The position numbers were made by a program, and so were the translations under genes. This document shows, in pieces, positions 50,246 through 60,872 of a DNA stretch of 64,000 nt (the stretch's first letter is position 1; each line of letters begins with the position of its first letter). Source of the stretch: Arcanobacterium buesumense. GTDB lineage: Bacteria > Actinomycetota > Actinomycetes > Actinomycetales > Actinomycetaceae. Location: positions 1,843,285 to 1,907,284 of the forward strand of contig NZ_CP050804.1 of assembly GCF_012563545.1 (NCBI RefSeq), given 5' to 3'. The notes under the pieces are model-generated. The model made no database searches. It had not been told where the DNA came from and worked only from the letters and a program-made list of their open reading frames with translations.

Positions 50246-51060
50246 GTTTACGTATTGGAGTGCTTCTGCCAGAAGTGTTAGGCACATACGGCGATTCGGG
50301 AAACGCTGAGATTTTGGCGTTTCGGGCGCAGGCTCGCGGAATCGATACGCAAATCGTTCACGTAGGTATCGACGAAGCCATCCCGGACTCGCTCGATATT
50401 TACACCCTCGGCGGGGGCGAAGACATTGCCCAAACCATTGCATCTCGCAAACTCGCATCCGATTCTGGGCTAGCCCGCGCGGTGGCTGCTGGCCGGCCAG
50501 TGCTGGCGATTTGTGCCGCCTTGCAGGTGCTCGGCACTTACTATACTGACGCAGACGGCAAGAAAACTGCCGGGGCTGGCCTGCTCGACGTCGTCACTCT
50601 CCCCCAAGGATTGCGCGCGATTGGCGAATTGCGGAGCGAACCTGGGCCGGGGCTGGCTGCCCGCGGGGTAACCGACACGCTGTATGGTTTTGAGAATCAT
50701 GGTGGCGGTACGGCGCTCGGGCCGGATGCTTCGCCTTTTGGGCTGGTCACGTTCGGTACTGGTAATGGCGTTCCGGGTGTGGCACCGGCGCGTACTAACG
50801 ATTCGCGCACGCCCGATCCGAAACTAGTTTTGGCTGGCACGCCTGATGGTTATGTGACTGAGGTTGATGGTCGGCGGATTGACGGCGCAGTGCAAGGATC
50901 GGTTTTTGCTACCTACATGCACGGCCCGGTCTTGGCACGTAACCCGCAGCTGGCAGATATGCTCATTGCCATGGCTACCGGGGATGCACTTGCGCCACTG
51001 GACGTGCCGGGGGTGGCTGATTTGCGCGCCGAGCGCGAGCGGTTTATCGCCGGTCAGTAG
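50242..51060 (+). CDS. gatD: Lipid II isoglutaminyl synthase glutaminase subunit GatD (CobB/CobQ-like glutamine amidotransferase)
   Basis: GATase1-like layout with a conserved Cys in VLAICAALQVLG and a C-terminal His. Translationally coupled to murT. Confidence 0.8.
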   Translation: MSLRIGVLLPEVLGTYGDSGNAEILAFRAQARGIDTQIVHVGIDEAIPDSLDIYTLGGGEDIAQTIASRKLASDSGLARAVAAGRPVLAICAALQVLGTYYTDADGKKTAGAGLLDVVTLPQGLRAIGELRSEPGPGLAARGVTDTLYGFENHGGGTALGPDASPFGLVTFGTGNGVPGVAPARTNDSRTPDPKLVLAGTPDGYVTEVDGRRIDGAVQGSVFATYMHGPVLARNPQLADMLIAMATGDALAPLDVPGVADLRAERERFIAGQ

Positions 51061-51097
51061 CCGGCGTTGGCCCGGGCCCATCACCCCGGTTAACTAG

Positions 51098-51218
51098 CCC
51101 GATTAGCCCGGTTAGCCAGTCCGATTTCCCTGGCCCGCCGGGGATCCCTGCACAAAATCTCGAAATCCAGCACGGTAGCCCGCCATAGACCGCTACCGTT
51201 TCGCTGGGCGAGATTTTG
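51098..51218. repeat. Copy D of the dispersed palindromic repeat family (core 51153-51218). It overlaps the last about 9 codons of the minus-strand methyltransferase gene.
   Basis: cacaaaatctcgaaatccagcacggtagcccgccatagaccgctaccgtttcgctgggcgagattttg, with upstream cccgattagcccggttag as in copy A. Confidence 0.7.
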
Positions 51219-52419
51219 TGCGGGACACTAACAACACGATTACCTCGCAGTGCTTCGTATGCGGGAACATGTCCACAACCTGCCCGCGCGTCACCTCATA
51301 TTCCGGCATCCGCGCTATATCTCGCGCTAGCGTTTCCGGGTTGCACGATGAGTACACCACTTGTGGTATACCAGAATCGTTGAGCCACTGGCACAGTTCT
51401 GCGCTTAGCCCGCGTCGTGGCGGATTGACGACGACGGCGTCCGGCATCTCGCCTTCGGCACGAGCCGCCCAGGCGGTAGCATCGCCAGCAATAAACTGCA
51501 CCCGATCGGCACACCCCATCTGCTCGGCAGTCTGGGATGCCGCCTGAACTGCTTGTTCGGAGGTTTCCACGCCAACAATGTGTCCGTGAGTGCGCGCGGC
51601 AGCCAACGCGAGCGCAAACCCGCCAACTCCGCAATATAGATCCCACACATTATCCGCGTCTGCTAGCCAGGTGACAGCATTATGGTAGAGCGCGGTGGCG
51701 GCATCGGTGTTTGTTTGGAAGAAAGATTGCGGACGCAGGTTTAACGTCAACGGTTCTGCCAGTGCAGGAATGTCTAAGACCATCGGCAAGACGTCGGTTT
51801 CGGTGATCAAAATTTCTTCGGCGCCTTCAATAATTGCTTTATGTTCGGGTTGCACATTGAGTGAGATAACCCGAATATTGGGTAGCATTACCCGCAGTTC
51901 GGCTTGGCGTTTGAACAGGATACCTTGTACTCCGCGCCGGCGAGCCACGAATCGAACCATGAGTTCGCCATCGTCAGACTCGGTGATGATAACGTATTTG
52001 AGCACCCCGACGTTAGTCGCCGGCGAATACGGTTCTAACCGGCAGGCGGTAATAAATTGTGCGATTGAGGGGATTGCGCCACGGATACCGGGGGTTGGCA
52101 GTGGGCAGTCACGCAGGTCGACTCCGCGTCCATCGTCACCTAAAATCCCCAACTTCGGGCGCCCTACCGTTCCGGTAACAACAAGCTTGACTTTGTTGCG
52201 GAAAGCTTGTGGACGCGATGTGAATGGATCTTCCCAGTGCCCGACGTCGATCAGCTCGCAGACGCGCTTGTTTTTGGCGTGAATCTGGCGTGGGTAGGGA
52301 GTTAACAGGTCGGTGCATGACCGGCATTGTCCGGCTTGAAAATAGTGACAGTCGAGGATCTGAGGGTTGACTGGACGGTGACGCATTGCGCGGTGGATAT
52401 TACGTGCGGTTTTAAACAT
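51193..52419 (-). CDS. TrmA/RumA-family SAM-dependent RNA (uracil-5)-methyltransferase (RlmC/RlmD-like)
   Basis: N-terminal Cys cluster (CHYFQAGQCRSC). Class-I MTase motifs (VWDLYCGVGGFAL). C-terminal nucleophile motif VVYSSCNP. Confidence 0.75.
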   Translation of the reverse strand: MFKTARNIHRAMRHRPVNPQILDCHYFQAGQCRSCTDLLTPYPRQIHAKNKRVCELIDVGHWEDPFTSRPQAFRNKVKLVVTGTVGRPKLGILGDDGRGVDLRDCPLPTPGIRGAIPSIAQFITACRLEPYSPATNVGVLKYVIITESDDGELMVRFVARRRGVQGILFKRQAELRVMLPNIRVISLNVQPEHKAIIEGAEEILITETDVLPMVLDIPALAEPLTLNLRPQSFFQTNTDAATALYHNAVTWLADADNVWDLYCGVGGFALALAAARTHGHIVGVETSEQAVQAASQTAEQMGCADRVQFIAGDATAWAARAEGEMPDAVVVNPPRRGLSAELCQWLNDSGIPQVVYSSCNPETLARDIARMPEYEVTRGQVVDMFPHTKHCEVIVLLVSRTKSRPAKR

Positions 52420-53594
52420 TAGAGAGTTTTCTTCCAGTCCTCGAATATTGCTTTGTGTAAGATTCCGGGTACGTGTTTTTGGTTGACTTCAGCAAAGGCG
52501 CACGCCTCTGAAAAACTGTCAGCGCATATCGCCACCATCTCCGAAATCATTGCCATTGCGTCCTTTTCTCTGATTCCGTAGTTAGGTGCCTGGTTTGCCA
52601 CAGTCTTCAGGTTATGGGAGCGTTCGCCATTTCTTCCGTACACCATAGCACTATTTGCATCCCACCCAGATCCTCGTGTGGTTTCAAGATCAAAAACTGG
52701 AGCTAACTGGTAGTGGGATCCGTCCCAGATAAAAGCATGGTTTCGCGCATGGTCATCTGTGTTCCCTATGAGGATATTGGTGACGATACGTTTAAACACT
52801 TCGTGTGGATTCCCTGATTTTTCTGCTAGATCTAGATATGACACCCGCGGAATCAATGCGTTTTCTTCATTGAAGAGTGTCACGAGTGAGCGTGTGTGAA
52901 AACGCAATTGTCCGTCCCGGTCGAAGCGGTCAATAATCAGCGCATCACGACCGTTGATTCTACGCACCGAAAATCCCGGTACGGCTAATCCCATTTTCTG
53001 AGCTAAATATAATGCGCAGGCTTCAGTTCTTATTAGTGGTCTTGCTTCACTTGAGGTTGACAACTTGACAATTTTAGAGTCGATAATAATTTTTGGACGT
53101 GACCCGCCAATTGATGTGCCGTGGTTAAGAGCGATATGGATCTCCGCGTCAAGGTGTTTGTGTGCTAAAAGGTCCTGGATCGATTCTTCTAGTTCATCGA
53201 GTGAGATATTGCTATTTTCGCGTGGTTCGTAGCGTGTGGGTGAGTCTTGGAAATCTAATGCACCAAATCTGTTGGAACCTGATTCTAGCAAGTAGGTTTT
53301 GGTGGTTTGCTCGACGTTTCCGTGATGGTAGTCGATAACCATTTTCCCCCAACCATCTGGCAACCCATCGGTAAAGACGCCGTGGAGAGATAATCCTGCC
53401 GGTGGTGAGAAAATGTTGCGGTTAAGCGGGAGATCTTCAGCGAGTGGTATGGCTTGTTCCCGAGACAAATAGGATTTAGCGTAGGCGAAATCGAATCTGG
53501 TATCGACACGATGTAAAACACCAGCAACTACTGGAGTTGTGTTGCCTGCCAGCCATGTCCACACATAAATGTCATCTGGTTTAGAAGTCGACAT
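52419..53594 (-). CDS. hipA: HipA-family serine/threonine kinase toxin (type II TA)
   Basis: HipA N-terminal coupling region and C-terminal kinase core with GNTDDHARN catalytic motif. Overlaps the upstream HTH gene by 14 nt. Confidence 0.8.
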   Translation of the reverse strand: MSTSKPDDIYVWTWLAGNTTPVVAGVLHRVDTRFDFAYAKSYLSREQAIPLAEDLPLNRNIFSPPAGLSLHGVFTDGLPDGWGKMVIDYHHGNVEQTTKTYLLESGSNRFGALDFQDSPTRYEPRENSNISLDELEESIQDLLAHKHLDAEIHIALNHGTSIGGSRPKIIIDSKIVKLSTSSEARPLIRTEACALYLAQKMGLAVPGFSVRRINGRDALIIDRFDRDGQLRFHTRSLVTLFNEENALIPRVSYLDLAEKSGNPHEVFKRIVTNILIGNTDDHARNHAFIWDGSHYQLAPVFDLETTRGSGWDANSAMVYGRNGERSHNLKTVANQAPNYGIREKDAMAMISEMVAICADSFSEACAFAEVNQKHVPGILHKAIFEDWKKTL

Positions 53595-53916
53595 TGATTG
53601 GTTCCACCCGTCGTATTCGTTCAGGCAGAAGTGCTACATGTTCCCCTGAGCGTGCTCTCATTTCCGCGATTTTTTGAGGCAAGTCTTCTCCGAATATCGG
53701 TATTCTCAAGACTTGTAGTACACGTAAAACTATTGCGATTGCTGTGGTGGGGGAACCGGCTTCAATGGATGCTATTGTTCGTGTTGAGCAGTGCGCTCGC
53801 TCAGCGAGTTCTGTTTGTGTCCATTGGTTGTTTGCGCGCGCGATACGTACATTATGTCCGACGATGACGAGTGCGTCCTCAACGTATGTGTTTGGTTCAA
53901 TGCGTGTTCGCCCCAC
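53581..53916 (-). CDS. hipB: XRE-family helix-turn-helix antitoxin/regulator (HipB-like)
   Basis: HTH signature QTELAERAHCSTRTIASIEAG. Position upstream of and overlapping hipA. Confidence 0.65.
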   Translation of the reverse strand: MGRTRIEPNTYVEDALVIVGHNVRIARANNQWTQTELAERAHCSTRTIASIEAGSPTTAIAIVLRVLQVLRIPIFGEDLPQKIAEMRARSGEHVALLPERIRRVEPINVDF

Positions 53917-53979
53917 AATTCCTCCTTATGCAATAGTTTAACACTTAAACTATTTAATAGTTATACTATTGCATATTTC

Positions 53980-54618
53980 CTAACCAATTTCTTCGCCGGC
54001 AAGGAATGCTTCTGCGTCTCGTTGTGCCTGTGCTAGTCCGGTGAAGTGGACGGCTCGCAGGCCAGCTTCGCGAGCGCTGACGACGTTGGCGTACGTGTCA
54101 TCAAAGAAGAGAATGTCATCTCCGTGCCCGCCAAGCGCATCGATTGCCGCCTGATAGATGGCCGGGTCTGGTTTGGCGAGGCCGAGGTCGCAGGAGAATA
54201 GCGCCGGGTCAAAGAGTGCCAGCCAGGGTTTGTTTTCTTTGAGCCACGCCAAATGGGTGTGTGGAACGTTTGATAGGACGGCAGGTTTTTTGCCTTGGGC
54301 GTGGAGTTGTTCGAGCCAGGAAACCATATCGTTGTGATGGTCTGCCCACGATTCGACGTCGGCCTGCTCAGTTGCGTCTATCAGTCCTGGGATTGCATGG
54401 AAATCGACGTTGAGTTCTTGGCCTATGGCGTTGAGGTATTGCGCATAGTTGTGGGTTCCGGCGTCGAGCGGGCCACGCAGTTGCCGGTAGAGGATATCGA
54501 AGCGTTTGGCGTCCACCCCGAGTTCGTCAAGATGTGCAGCGCGGTGGATACCCGCCACGCCATCGTCGTTTTGAATTTTCATAAATAGACCGAATAGATC
54601 AAATAAAAGTTTGCGCAT
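53980..54618 (-). CDS. HAD-IA family hydrolase
   Basis: Motif I-like FDLFGL at the N-terminus. Motif IV FFDDTYANV. Size typical of HAD-IA. Confidence 0.65.
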   Translation of the reverse strand: MRKLLFDLFGLFMKIQNDDGVAGIHRAAHLDELGVDAKRFDILYRQLRGPLDAGTHNYAQYLNAIGQELNVDFHAIPGLIDATEQADVESWADHHNDMVSWLEQLHAQGKKPAVLSNVPHTHLAWLKENKPWLALFDPALFSCDLGLAKPDPAIYQAAIDALGGHGDDILFFDDTYANVVSAREAGLRAVHFTGLAQAQRDAEAFLAGEEIG

Positions 54619-54697
54619 GGTCTTATTGTGTCATTTTTATGACGACGAAGATACCCCCGGTTTTTCGGCGCCGGGCACGGCTAGGCGCCAGGCGTGC

Positions 54698-54994
54698 TTA
54701 CCTGCCGGGCACGAGCAATAGGTAGGCGGCGAGGCTTCCTAATACGATACCGTAACCTGCTATGACTAAAAGCCACGACGTCGGCAGAGCGGTTTTTGAT
54801 GTGGTGGCCGCATACAACACGGCGCCGACCATGAAAACAGCGGAAACAATGGCAATAAAACCGGCATAGTTCCGCAGGAGAATCATCGCAGTGAAACATA
54901 AAGCTCCCACGATAAGGAAGACGATTGCTATTTTGGTATCTCGAGTTACTGCGCATCGCTTGCCGGAATACTGACAATTTTTTCGATGCTGCAT
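54698..54994 (-). CDS. Small hypothetical membrane protein (3 predicted TM)
   Basis: Hydrophobic periodicity only. Overlaps another minus-strand ORF. Confidence 0.3.
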   Translation of the reverse strand: MQHRKNCQYSGKRCAVTRDTKIAIVFLIVGALCFTAMILLRNYAGFIAIVSAVFMVGAVLYAATTSKTALPTSWLLVIAGYGIVLGSLAAYLLLVPGR

Positions 54995-55091
54995 TACTGT
55001 TCTCCTCTTGACGACACCGTCATTCCACCTACATATAAGAGTACGTGTTACATCTGTCTTTTGTCTAGAAAATCAGAAAAGTCGTAATGTC

Positions 55092-57515
55092 TCATTTCCG
55101 CTTCTTCGCCCGTCTTGTGGGTTCGGCATGAGCCGGGTCTTCTGGCCAGGGGTGACGCGGGTATCGCCCGCGCATATCGGCGCGCACGCCCGCATACGGT
55201 CCGGCCCAGAATGAGGCGAGGTCGTCGGTGATGGCGAGCGGGCGCTGGGCTGGCGAGAGCAATTCTAGAGTAACTGGCACACCACAAATCTCCGGGGTGG
55301 CCTGCCAACCAAATGCTTCTTGGATCCGCATGCGCACTCGCGGACGTTCTCCGGCGTAGTCCACGCGCGCGCTACCTAGCGGAGTGTCGATGCGTTCGGG
55401 TGCAAGATCGTCGAATTGATGGGCATATTCCCACGGGATGAGTGCCGCGAGCGCACCGGCTAGATCTATTTCACGCGCTGTCACAAACGGTATCAGCCAG
55501 GTGCCTATAGTGCGGTTGAGTTCAGTGTCCGAAACATCGGGCCAGGGTTCGCCGAGGGCTTGATGAAGGAAGGCGAGGCGGTCGCGAGTTTCGCGCAGTG
55601 CTGGCGTCCACGTCAAGCCGGCTACTCCGGTTGCCTGAATACGTTGTGCATACACGTGGACTTTGTCTGCGTCCGTTAAGGTCACCGGGTGGCGGGCAAT
55701 CTCGATGGCTCCTAGGCGAGTGACGCGATATCCGCGCATTTTCTCTGCGTCAATCTCGGTTTCGGTGGTAACGAGGTGGCGTGCTACATCCTGCACAATA
55801 TCCGCATCGATCGGCGCCGCTGCATAGATCATGGCGTCAGCTCGGCCTTGTGCTTGTCCCGTATCGGCTATCGCCAACCATTCTTCGCCGGCTAACGAAG
55901 AGCCGAGTGGGAGTTGTGCACCTCGCCCGTTTGCTAATACGTATCCTTGCCCGCGAGCGCGTGCCACCCAATATGGGTGTGCTAGGCCGACGACGACGCC
56001 TACCGCATCGTCCCACGTCCAGTCACCTGTTTGCTCAGGAGCGTCCGGGATGAGCTGTGTGAGCATGCTTCGTAACCGGCGTATTTCTCTGGTGAGTTCG
56101 TTGGTTGTGCGTTTGCTTCGGATCCCGGTTGCAATATCGGCGTGTGACATTCGCATATTGATCGATAAGAACGCAACAATGTCTGTAGCCTTATTTGAGC
56201 CGACGAGGGCGCTGGCGTCTATCAGTGCTCGAGCTAAGTGTGCGCCGAGGGGGAGTTGCGAGACAAGTCGCCCACGAGTAGTGATCACCCCGTCGTCGTC
56301 GATCAATCCTAGGCCATGTAACTGGCGTTGGGCGTAGGCAAGATTATCTGGGTTGGGTTCGTCAAGAAGTTGTAAACCGGCCATATTTGGCGCACCCCAA
56401 GCGGCGCATTGTAAGAGTGCATCGGTTAAGTCAGCAGTACGGATTTCTGGCGGTGAATATTGCGGTGCCCGTGCCATCGCTATACACCGGTATCCCACTC
56501 CAGGGCCTTCTCGTCCGGCACGCCCGGAGCGTTGAATCATCGAGGCTTGGGAGGCATAGACGCTCACCAGTCCCCCAATTCCACCATCTACCCGAGCCTG
56601 GCGTGCTAACCCGCTATCAACAACTACCCGAACTCCTGGAACTGTTAGTGATGATTCTGCGAGGGCGGTAGCAACAATTATTCGATCGTGACTGGCATCC
56701 AATACGCGATCTTGTTCGACAGAACTCAACTGACCGTGAAGGGCCATAACTGGAAGATCTATTCCGTTTAGCCGGCCCATGACTGCATCTATGTCACGCA
56801 CTCCGGGGACAAACACGAGAATTGATCCGTCACATTCGCTACGTGCTTGGAAAACTACCCGGGCAATGTGTTGCACAAATTCATTGGCTACGACGATTGC
56901 CCCGGCAGCAGTGGATGTTAATGCTTGTGGCCCTGGGACGTCTCGAATCTCAACAGGATGAATATCCCCGGGAACACTAATAATTTCCGCATTCAATAAA
57001 TGCGCTGTTTGTTCTAATGCAATCGTGGCAGACATGGCAATAATACGTATGTCTGGGCGTAAAGCAGACTGCACATCAAGAACAAAGGCACAGGCGATAT
57101 CGGTGTCGAGGTCGCGTTCGTGGATTTCGTCGATGATAACGCAGCCGACGCCGGGCAGTTCCGGGTCACTGTGTAGCATGCGTAGCAGCACCCCGGGCGT
57201 GATCATTTCAATAGCACGCCCAGGCTGAGTTTCGCCACGAACTCGATAACCTATCTGTTTGCCAACTGGCTCACCAAGAAGGGAGGCTATTCGCCGTGCG
57301 GCTGCCCGGGCGGCCACTCGGCGCGGTTGTACAACGAGGACTTTTGGATGCCCGGTTTTTTCTAATTGATGGGCGAGAACTACTGGAACGAGTGTTGTTT
57401 TTCCACTACCTGGGGGCGCGGCAATAACAACATTGCCACGCGAAGTGGCAATGTCTGCAATCGCGCTGGCAACTGGCAGCCCCACATCGGTTGCTAGAAT
57501 CTTGGTAAGATTCAC
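55092..57515 (-). CDS. hrpB: ATP-dependent RNA helicase HrpB (DEAH-box)
   Basis: Walker A APPGSGKTT. DEIHER motif. Helicase C-terminal and HrpB-C-like region. Length about 807 aa. Confidence 0.85.
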   Translation of the reverse strand: MNLTKILATDVGLPVASAIADIATSRGNVVIAAPPGSGKTTLVPVVLAHQLEKTGHPKVLVVQPRRVAARAAARRIASLLGEPVGKQIGYRVRGETQPGRAIEMITPGVLLRMLHSDPELPGVGCVIIDEIHERDLDTDIACAFVLDVQSALRPDIRIIAMSATIALEQTAHLLNAEIISVPGDIHPVEIRDVPGPQALTSTAAGAIVVANEFVQHIARVVFQARSECDGSILVFVPGVRDIDAVMGRLNGIDLPVMALHGQLSSVEQDRVLDASHDRIIVATALAESSLTVPGVRVVVDSGLARQARVDGGIGGLVSVYASQASMIQRSGRAGREGPGVGYRCIAMARAPQYSPPEIRTADLTDALLQCAAWGAPNMAGLQLLDEPNPDNLAYAQRQLHGLGLIDDDGVITTRGRLVSQLPLGAHLARALIDASALVGSNKATDIVAFLSINMRMSHADIATGIRSKRTTNELTREIRRLRSMLTQLIPDAPEQTGDWTWDDAVGVVVGLAHPYWVARARGQGYVLANGRGAQLPLGSSLAGEEWLAIADTGQAQGRADAMIYAAAPIDADIVQDVARHLVTTETEIDAEKMRGYRVTRLGAIEIARHPVTLTDADKVHVYAQRIQATGVAGLTWTPALRETRDRLAFLHQALGEPWPDVSDTELNRTIGTWLIPFVTAREIDLAGALAALIPWEYAHQFDDLAPERIDTPLGSARVDYAGERPRVRMRIQEAFGWQATPEICGVPVTLELLSPAQRPLAITDDLASFWAGPYAGVRADMRGRYPRHPWPEDPAHAEPTRRAKKRK

Positions 57516-58129
57516 GCTTTAATAAGGGACTGAACCGCACCCAACACTGAGGTACGCACATCGGATAATGCCAACCCGTCGTCTAAAGCCCGCAGGCCGC
57601 AATCCATCAACGAACGGGTAATACGAGCACTCATTTGGGCAGAAGCCGGATCAATCTCTTGCCATAAATGACCGATCGTCATCGCCAATTCCCGGTGAAA
57701 GTTCACCACCGACGGCGGCAGGTTCTCCATTGATTCAAACGCTTCGGGGGAAATCTTCGCCGTCTTCAATACGTTAATCAGCCACTGATGCCCAGTTTCC
57801 GCGCCCAACTCTAATGACACATCAACAAGCGCAATGAGTTTATCTGACGGGGTTTGTGCACTGTCCATCGCCGCCGTCGCTCGCTCTTTCCACAACGGTA
57901 AATACCGTTCTAAAACAAGCAACCGCAAGTGATCAACCGAAGGAACATAACGATAAATCGAATTACGTGCAATACCTGAGCGTTTTGCCACTGCTCCAGC
58001 AGTGAAGGAAACTTTTTCCGTGGACCGTAATATTTCTTCGGCGGAATTAATCAATTTTTCGAACACAATATCGTGATGTTCTTTAACAGTAGGAGCTGAA
58101 ATCCGCGGCACAGCAAATCCTTCCTTCAT
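57512..58129 (-). CDS. TetR-family transcriptional regulator
   Basis: N-terminal HTH (FTAGAVAKRSGIARNSIYRY). Size about 200 aa. Confidence 0.7.
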   Translation of the reverse strand: MKEGFAVPRISAPTVKEHHDIVFEKLINSAEEILRSTEKVSFTAGAVAKRSGIARNSIYRYVPSVDHLRLLVLERYLPLWKERATAAMDSAQTPSDKLIALVDVSLELGAETGHQWLINVLKTAKISPEAFESMENLPPSVVNFHRELAMTIGHLWQEIDPASAQMSARITRSLMDCGLRALDDGLALSDVRTSVLGAVQSLIKA

Positions 58130-58250
58130 ATCATCACAACAATATGCCTCTGGGTGAAGCTACCCCTAAGCCTACCTTGATTTTTCTTTTACTGTTATCC
58201 CACAGCTCCGCGTCTTTGGGGCTGGCGGAAGTTCGTGGGAGAATAGAACT

Positions 58251-59591
58251 ATGGATTTCGTGATGTGGGCACAACGGGTAGCATCTGCTCACCCTCAGTT
58301 ACGTGATGCGGTTATTACCGTACATGATGAATGGCTTGATATTTTGTTAGCTGATGGCCGTTCGTTTCGTTTCCGGCCAGGGGCGTTAATCAATCCAGAT
58401 TCAGATGAAGATAAGCGTACCGATATCCTCAATCGTTTGTTGAGTATCGGGATTGCGGAAGCTCCACCTCCACCGGTTGACGAACAGAGACCAGATACCT
58501 CTCACCTATCAGCAGATGTTCCTGCTGTTTCGCCGCATCCAAGCTTGTTAAATACTGAGCATGGTACTGATGTTTTATCTACACCTGATACTATTCCTGC
58601 GGATGACGACGGCGATACGCCAGCACCTTTGTTACCACTTGTGGATTCGGCACCCTATTTTTTGAATTCACATCACGATGGCGATTCGATTGTTTATGTG
58701 CCGTTGACGGACTTCGTCGCCGTTGGTCTGGTACGTGAAAATGAACAGGGCGATTATCCCGTTTTTTATTCTCAACTAGCAGACAGCATGCGTGATGTTG
58801 GTGAGGTCATGAGTGAGGCCGTGATGAATCTACGTGCCTATGGCCACTCGTCTCATCCGTCAATTGAAGTGGGTGTTGCCGCGCTCGGTCAAGCACATAT
58901 GCTTTCTATTTTGAAACCTGAGGGTTTTCAGCTTTCCTGGTGGTGTGACGTTGAGTTAATGCACAGTATTGCGGAGCATGTCACGGCTGATCGTCCCGGC
59001 GATATTCCATTATTTATTCCAGTTGCTCAAGATCAGCTCTTTATTGTTTTCGCTGACGATCCGCATCTGATTGATGTGGTACGTGCGCTGATCTTCACGT
59101 CGAATCCGCCAACGATGGTCTATCCATTACCGCACACGTTAGCTGCCGATGGTTGGGCTGAGTGGGTTCCCCTGCCCGGGGATGAACTATCTCAAGCATT
59201 GAGCCAGCTACGTACCGAATACCGGCAATATATCTATCAGGCACAGGCCGATATTATGAACCGTTGGGGAGACCTCGGGAATGTGAAGGAATACCGGACT
59301 ATCAAAACCCAGTCCGGCGAGTTTGTTGGTAGTACAACCTGGGAAGCTACTGACGGTCACGGATCTGTACCTGATACGGAAATGATCACCTTTATCAGAG
59401 AAGAATCACCACACCCCTGGGATACTGAGCCAGCCGTTAACGTCACCTTGCGGGCACGGGTTGCCCGTGAGATATGGCCTGAAGGTTTCGAACAAGACAA
59501 AGATGCTTGGCCACCGCGGTGGAAAGTCACCGGATTCCCGGACGCCGAAACAATCGAACGATTACAACAAGCAGTAAACCGCGATTTTTAA
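58251..59591 (+). CDS. Hypothetical protein (446 aa, Pro-rich linker, no recognised domain)
   Basis: Long ORF with protein-like composition. Divergent from the TetR gene. Confidence 0.5.
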   Translation: MDFVMWAQRVASAHPQLRDAVITVHDEWLDILLADGRSFRFRPGALINPDSDEDKRTDILNRLLSIGIAEAPPPPVDEQRPDTSHLSADVPAVSPHPSLLNTEHGTDVLSTPDTIPADDDGDTPAPLLPLVDSAPYFLNSHHDGDSIVYVPLTDFVAVGLVRENEQGDYPVFYSQLADSMRDVGEVMSEAVMNLRAYGHSSHPSIEVGVAALGQAHMLSILKPEGFQLSWWCDVELMHSIAEHVTADRPGDIPLFIPVAQDQLFIVFADDPHLIDVVRALIFTSNPPTMVYPLPHTLAADGWAEWVPLPGDELSQALSQLRTEYRQYIYQAQADIMNRWGDLGNVKEYRTIKTQSGEFVGSTTWEATDGHGSVPDTEMITFIREESPHPWDTEPAVNVTLRARVAREIWPEGFEQDKDAWPPRWKVTGFPDAETIERLQQAVNRDF

Positions 59592-59608
59592 TCCACCGCA
59601 GAATAAGC

Positions 59609-60835
59609 CTAGAACTTCTTGCCAGAATTCGCGTAGAAACGTCCCAATGTTTCTTCTTTGAATTCCCAATAAGTTCCTTCATTTATATGATGGCGAATAT
59701 CATCAACAAGTTTGATCGTGAAATACTCATTGTGGATAGTCGTCAACGTATTGACAACCATTTCCTTAGCTTTGAACAAATGATGGATATATGCCTTCGT
59801 GTAATGCGTACACGTATAGCATTGACACCCCTCAACAAGTGGAGTGAAATCCCGCTTGTGCCGGGCACGATTGACGTTAAAGCGTCCATCAGGAGAATAA
59901 ATCGCCGCATTGCGCGCCACTCGAGACGGATTAACACAATCGAAGGTATCTATCCCGTTTTCCACACCAGCAAATAAATCATCTGGTTCCGAAATGCCTA
60001 ATAAATGACGGGCCCGATCCTCGGGCAATTCTTCGTTCACCCAGCCAACAATAGTTCCTAGGTTTTCTTTTTCGAGTGCTCCACCAACACCAAAACCATC
60101 AAAGCGTTGGCCGTCAATTTCCATATTCCCTAAATCGCGGGCCGCTTTGCGCCGTAAATCCTCATATTGAGCACCCTGAATAACACCAAAAAGTTGCTGA
60201 TATGGTTTGGTATCACGCTCGTGGGTCAACTCCTTATGCGCACGCAAACACCGTTGCGCCCACAGCCGGGTACGCTCCAAAGCTTCTTCTTGATATCCGC
60301 GCGAATTAAGCAACGTCGTCAATTCATCAAACGCAAAAATAATATCTGCACCAAGTTCATGTTGAATCCGCATCGACACCTCGGGAGTAAACCGATGGCG
60401 TGATCCATCCAGGTGGGAACGAAACCATACTCCGTCGTCGTCAACGTTAGCTAACCGTTCCTTCTTACCAGCAACCTGCCCATCAACATGAGCCTTGCCG
60501 TTAAACTCCTCAGATAAAACTTTCTTAAAGCCTGATCCCAAGCTAAGTACCTGAAAACCGCCAGAATCGGTGAACGTCGGACCATGCCAATTTTCAAATG
60601 CCGCCACGCCACCAGCTTCGTCAACAATATCCGAACCTGGTTGAAGATAAAGATGATACGCATTAGAAAGCAATGCTTGGGCGCCAATTTCCCGCATAGT
60701 TTCCGGCAAAACAGCTTTCACTGTTGCTTTTGTTGCAACTGGAATAAACGCCGGTGTTTGAATATCGCCATGCGGGGTGTGAATCGTACCGGTACGGCCA
60801 AGATGATCGTCAAGCCGAGTATTAATCTCAAACAT
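59609..60835 (-). CDS. tgt: Queuine tRNA-ribosyltransferase (tRNA-guanine transglycosylase)
   Basis: DSGGFQ motif, catalytic Asp region, zinc site CQCYTCTHYTKAYIHHL. Confidence 0.9.
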   Translation of the reverse strand: MFEINTRLDDHLGRTGTIHTPHGDIQTPAFIPVATKATVKAVLPETMREIGAQALLSNAYHLYLQPGSDIVDEAGGVAAFENWHGPTFTDSGGFQVLSLGSGFKKVLSEEFNGKAHVDGQVAGKKERLANVDDDGVWFRSHLDGSRHRFTPEVSMRIQHELGADIIFAFDELTTLLNSRGYQEEALERTRLWAQRCLRAHKELTHERDTKPYQQLFGVIQGAQYEDLRRKAARDLGNMEIDGQRFDGFGVGGALEKENLGTIVGWVNEELPEDRARHLLGISEPDDLFAGVENGIDTFDCVNPSRVARNAAIYSPDGRFNVNRARHKRDFTPLVEGCQCYTCTHYTKAYIHHLFKAKEMVVNTLTTIHNEYFTIKLVDDIRHHINEGTYWEFKEETLGRFYANSGKKF

Positions 60836-60872
60836 ATTTTCTTCCCTTTAAGACACTATCCAAGACAGGTCT

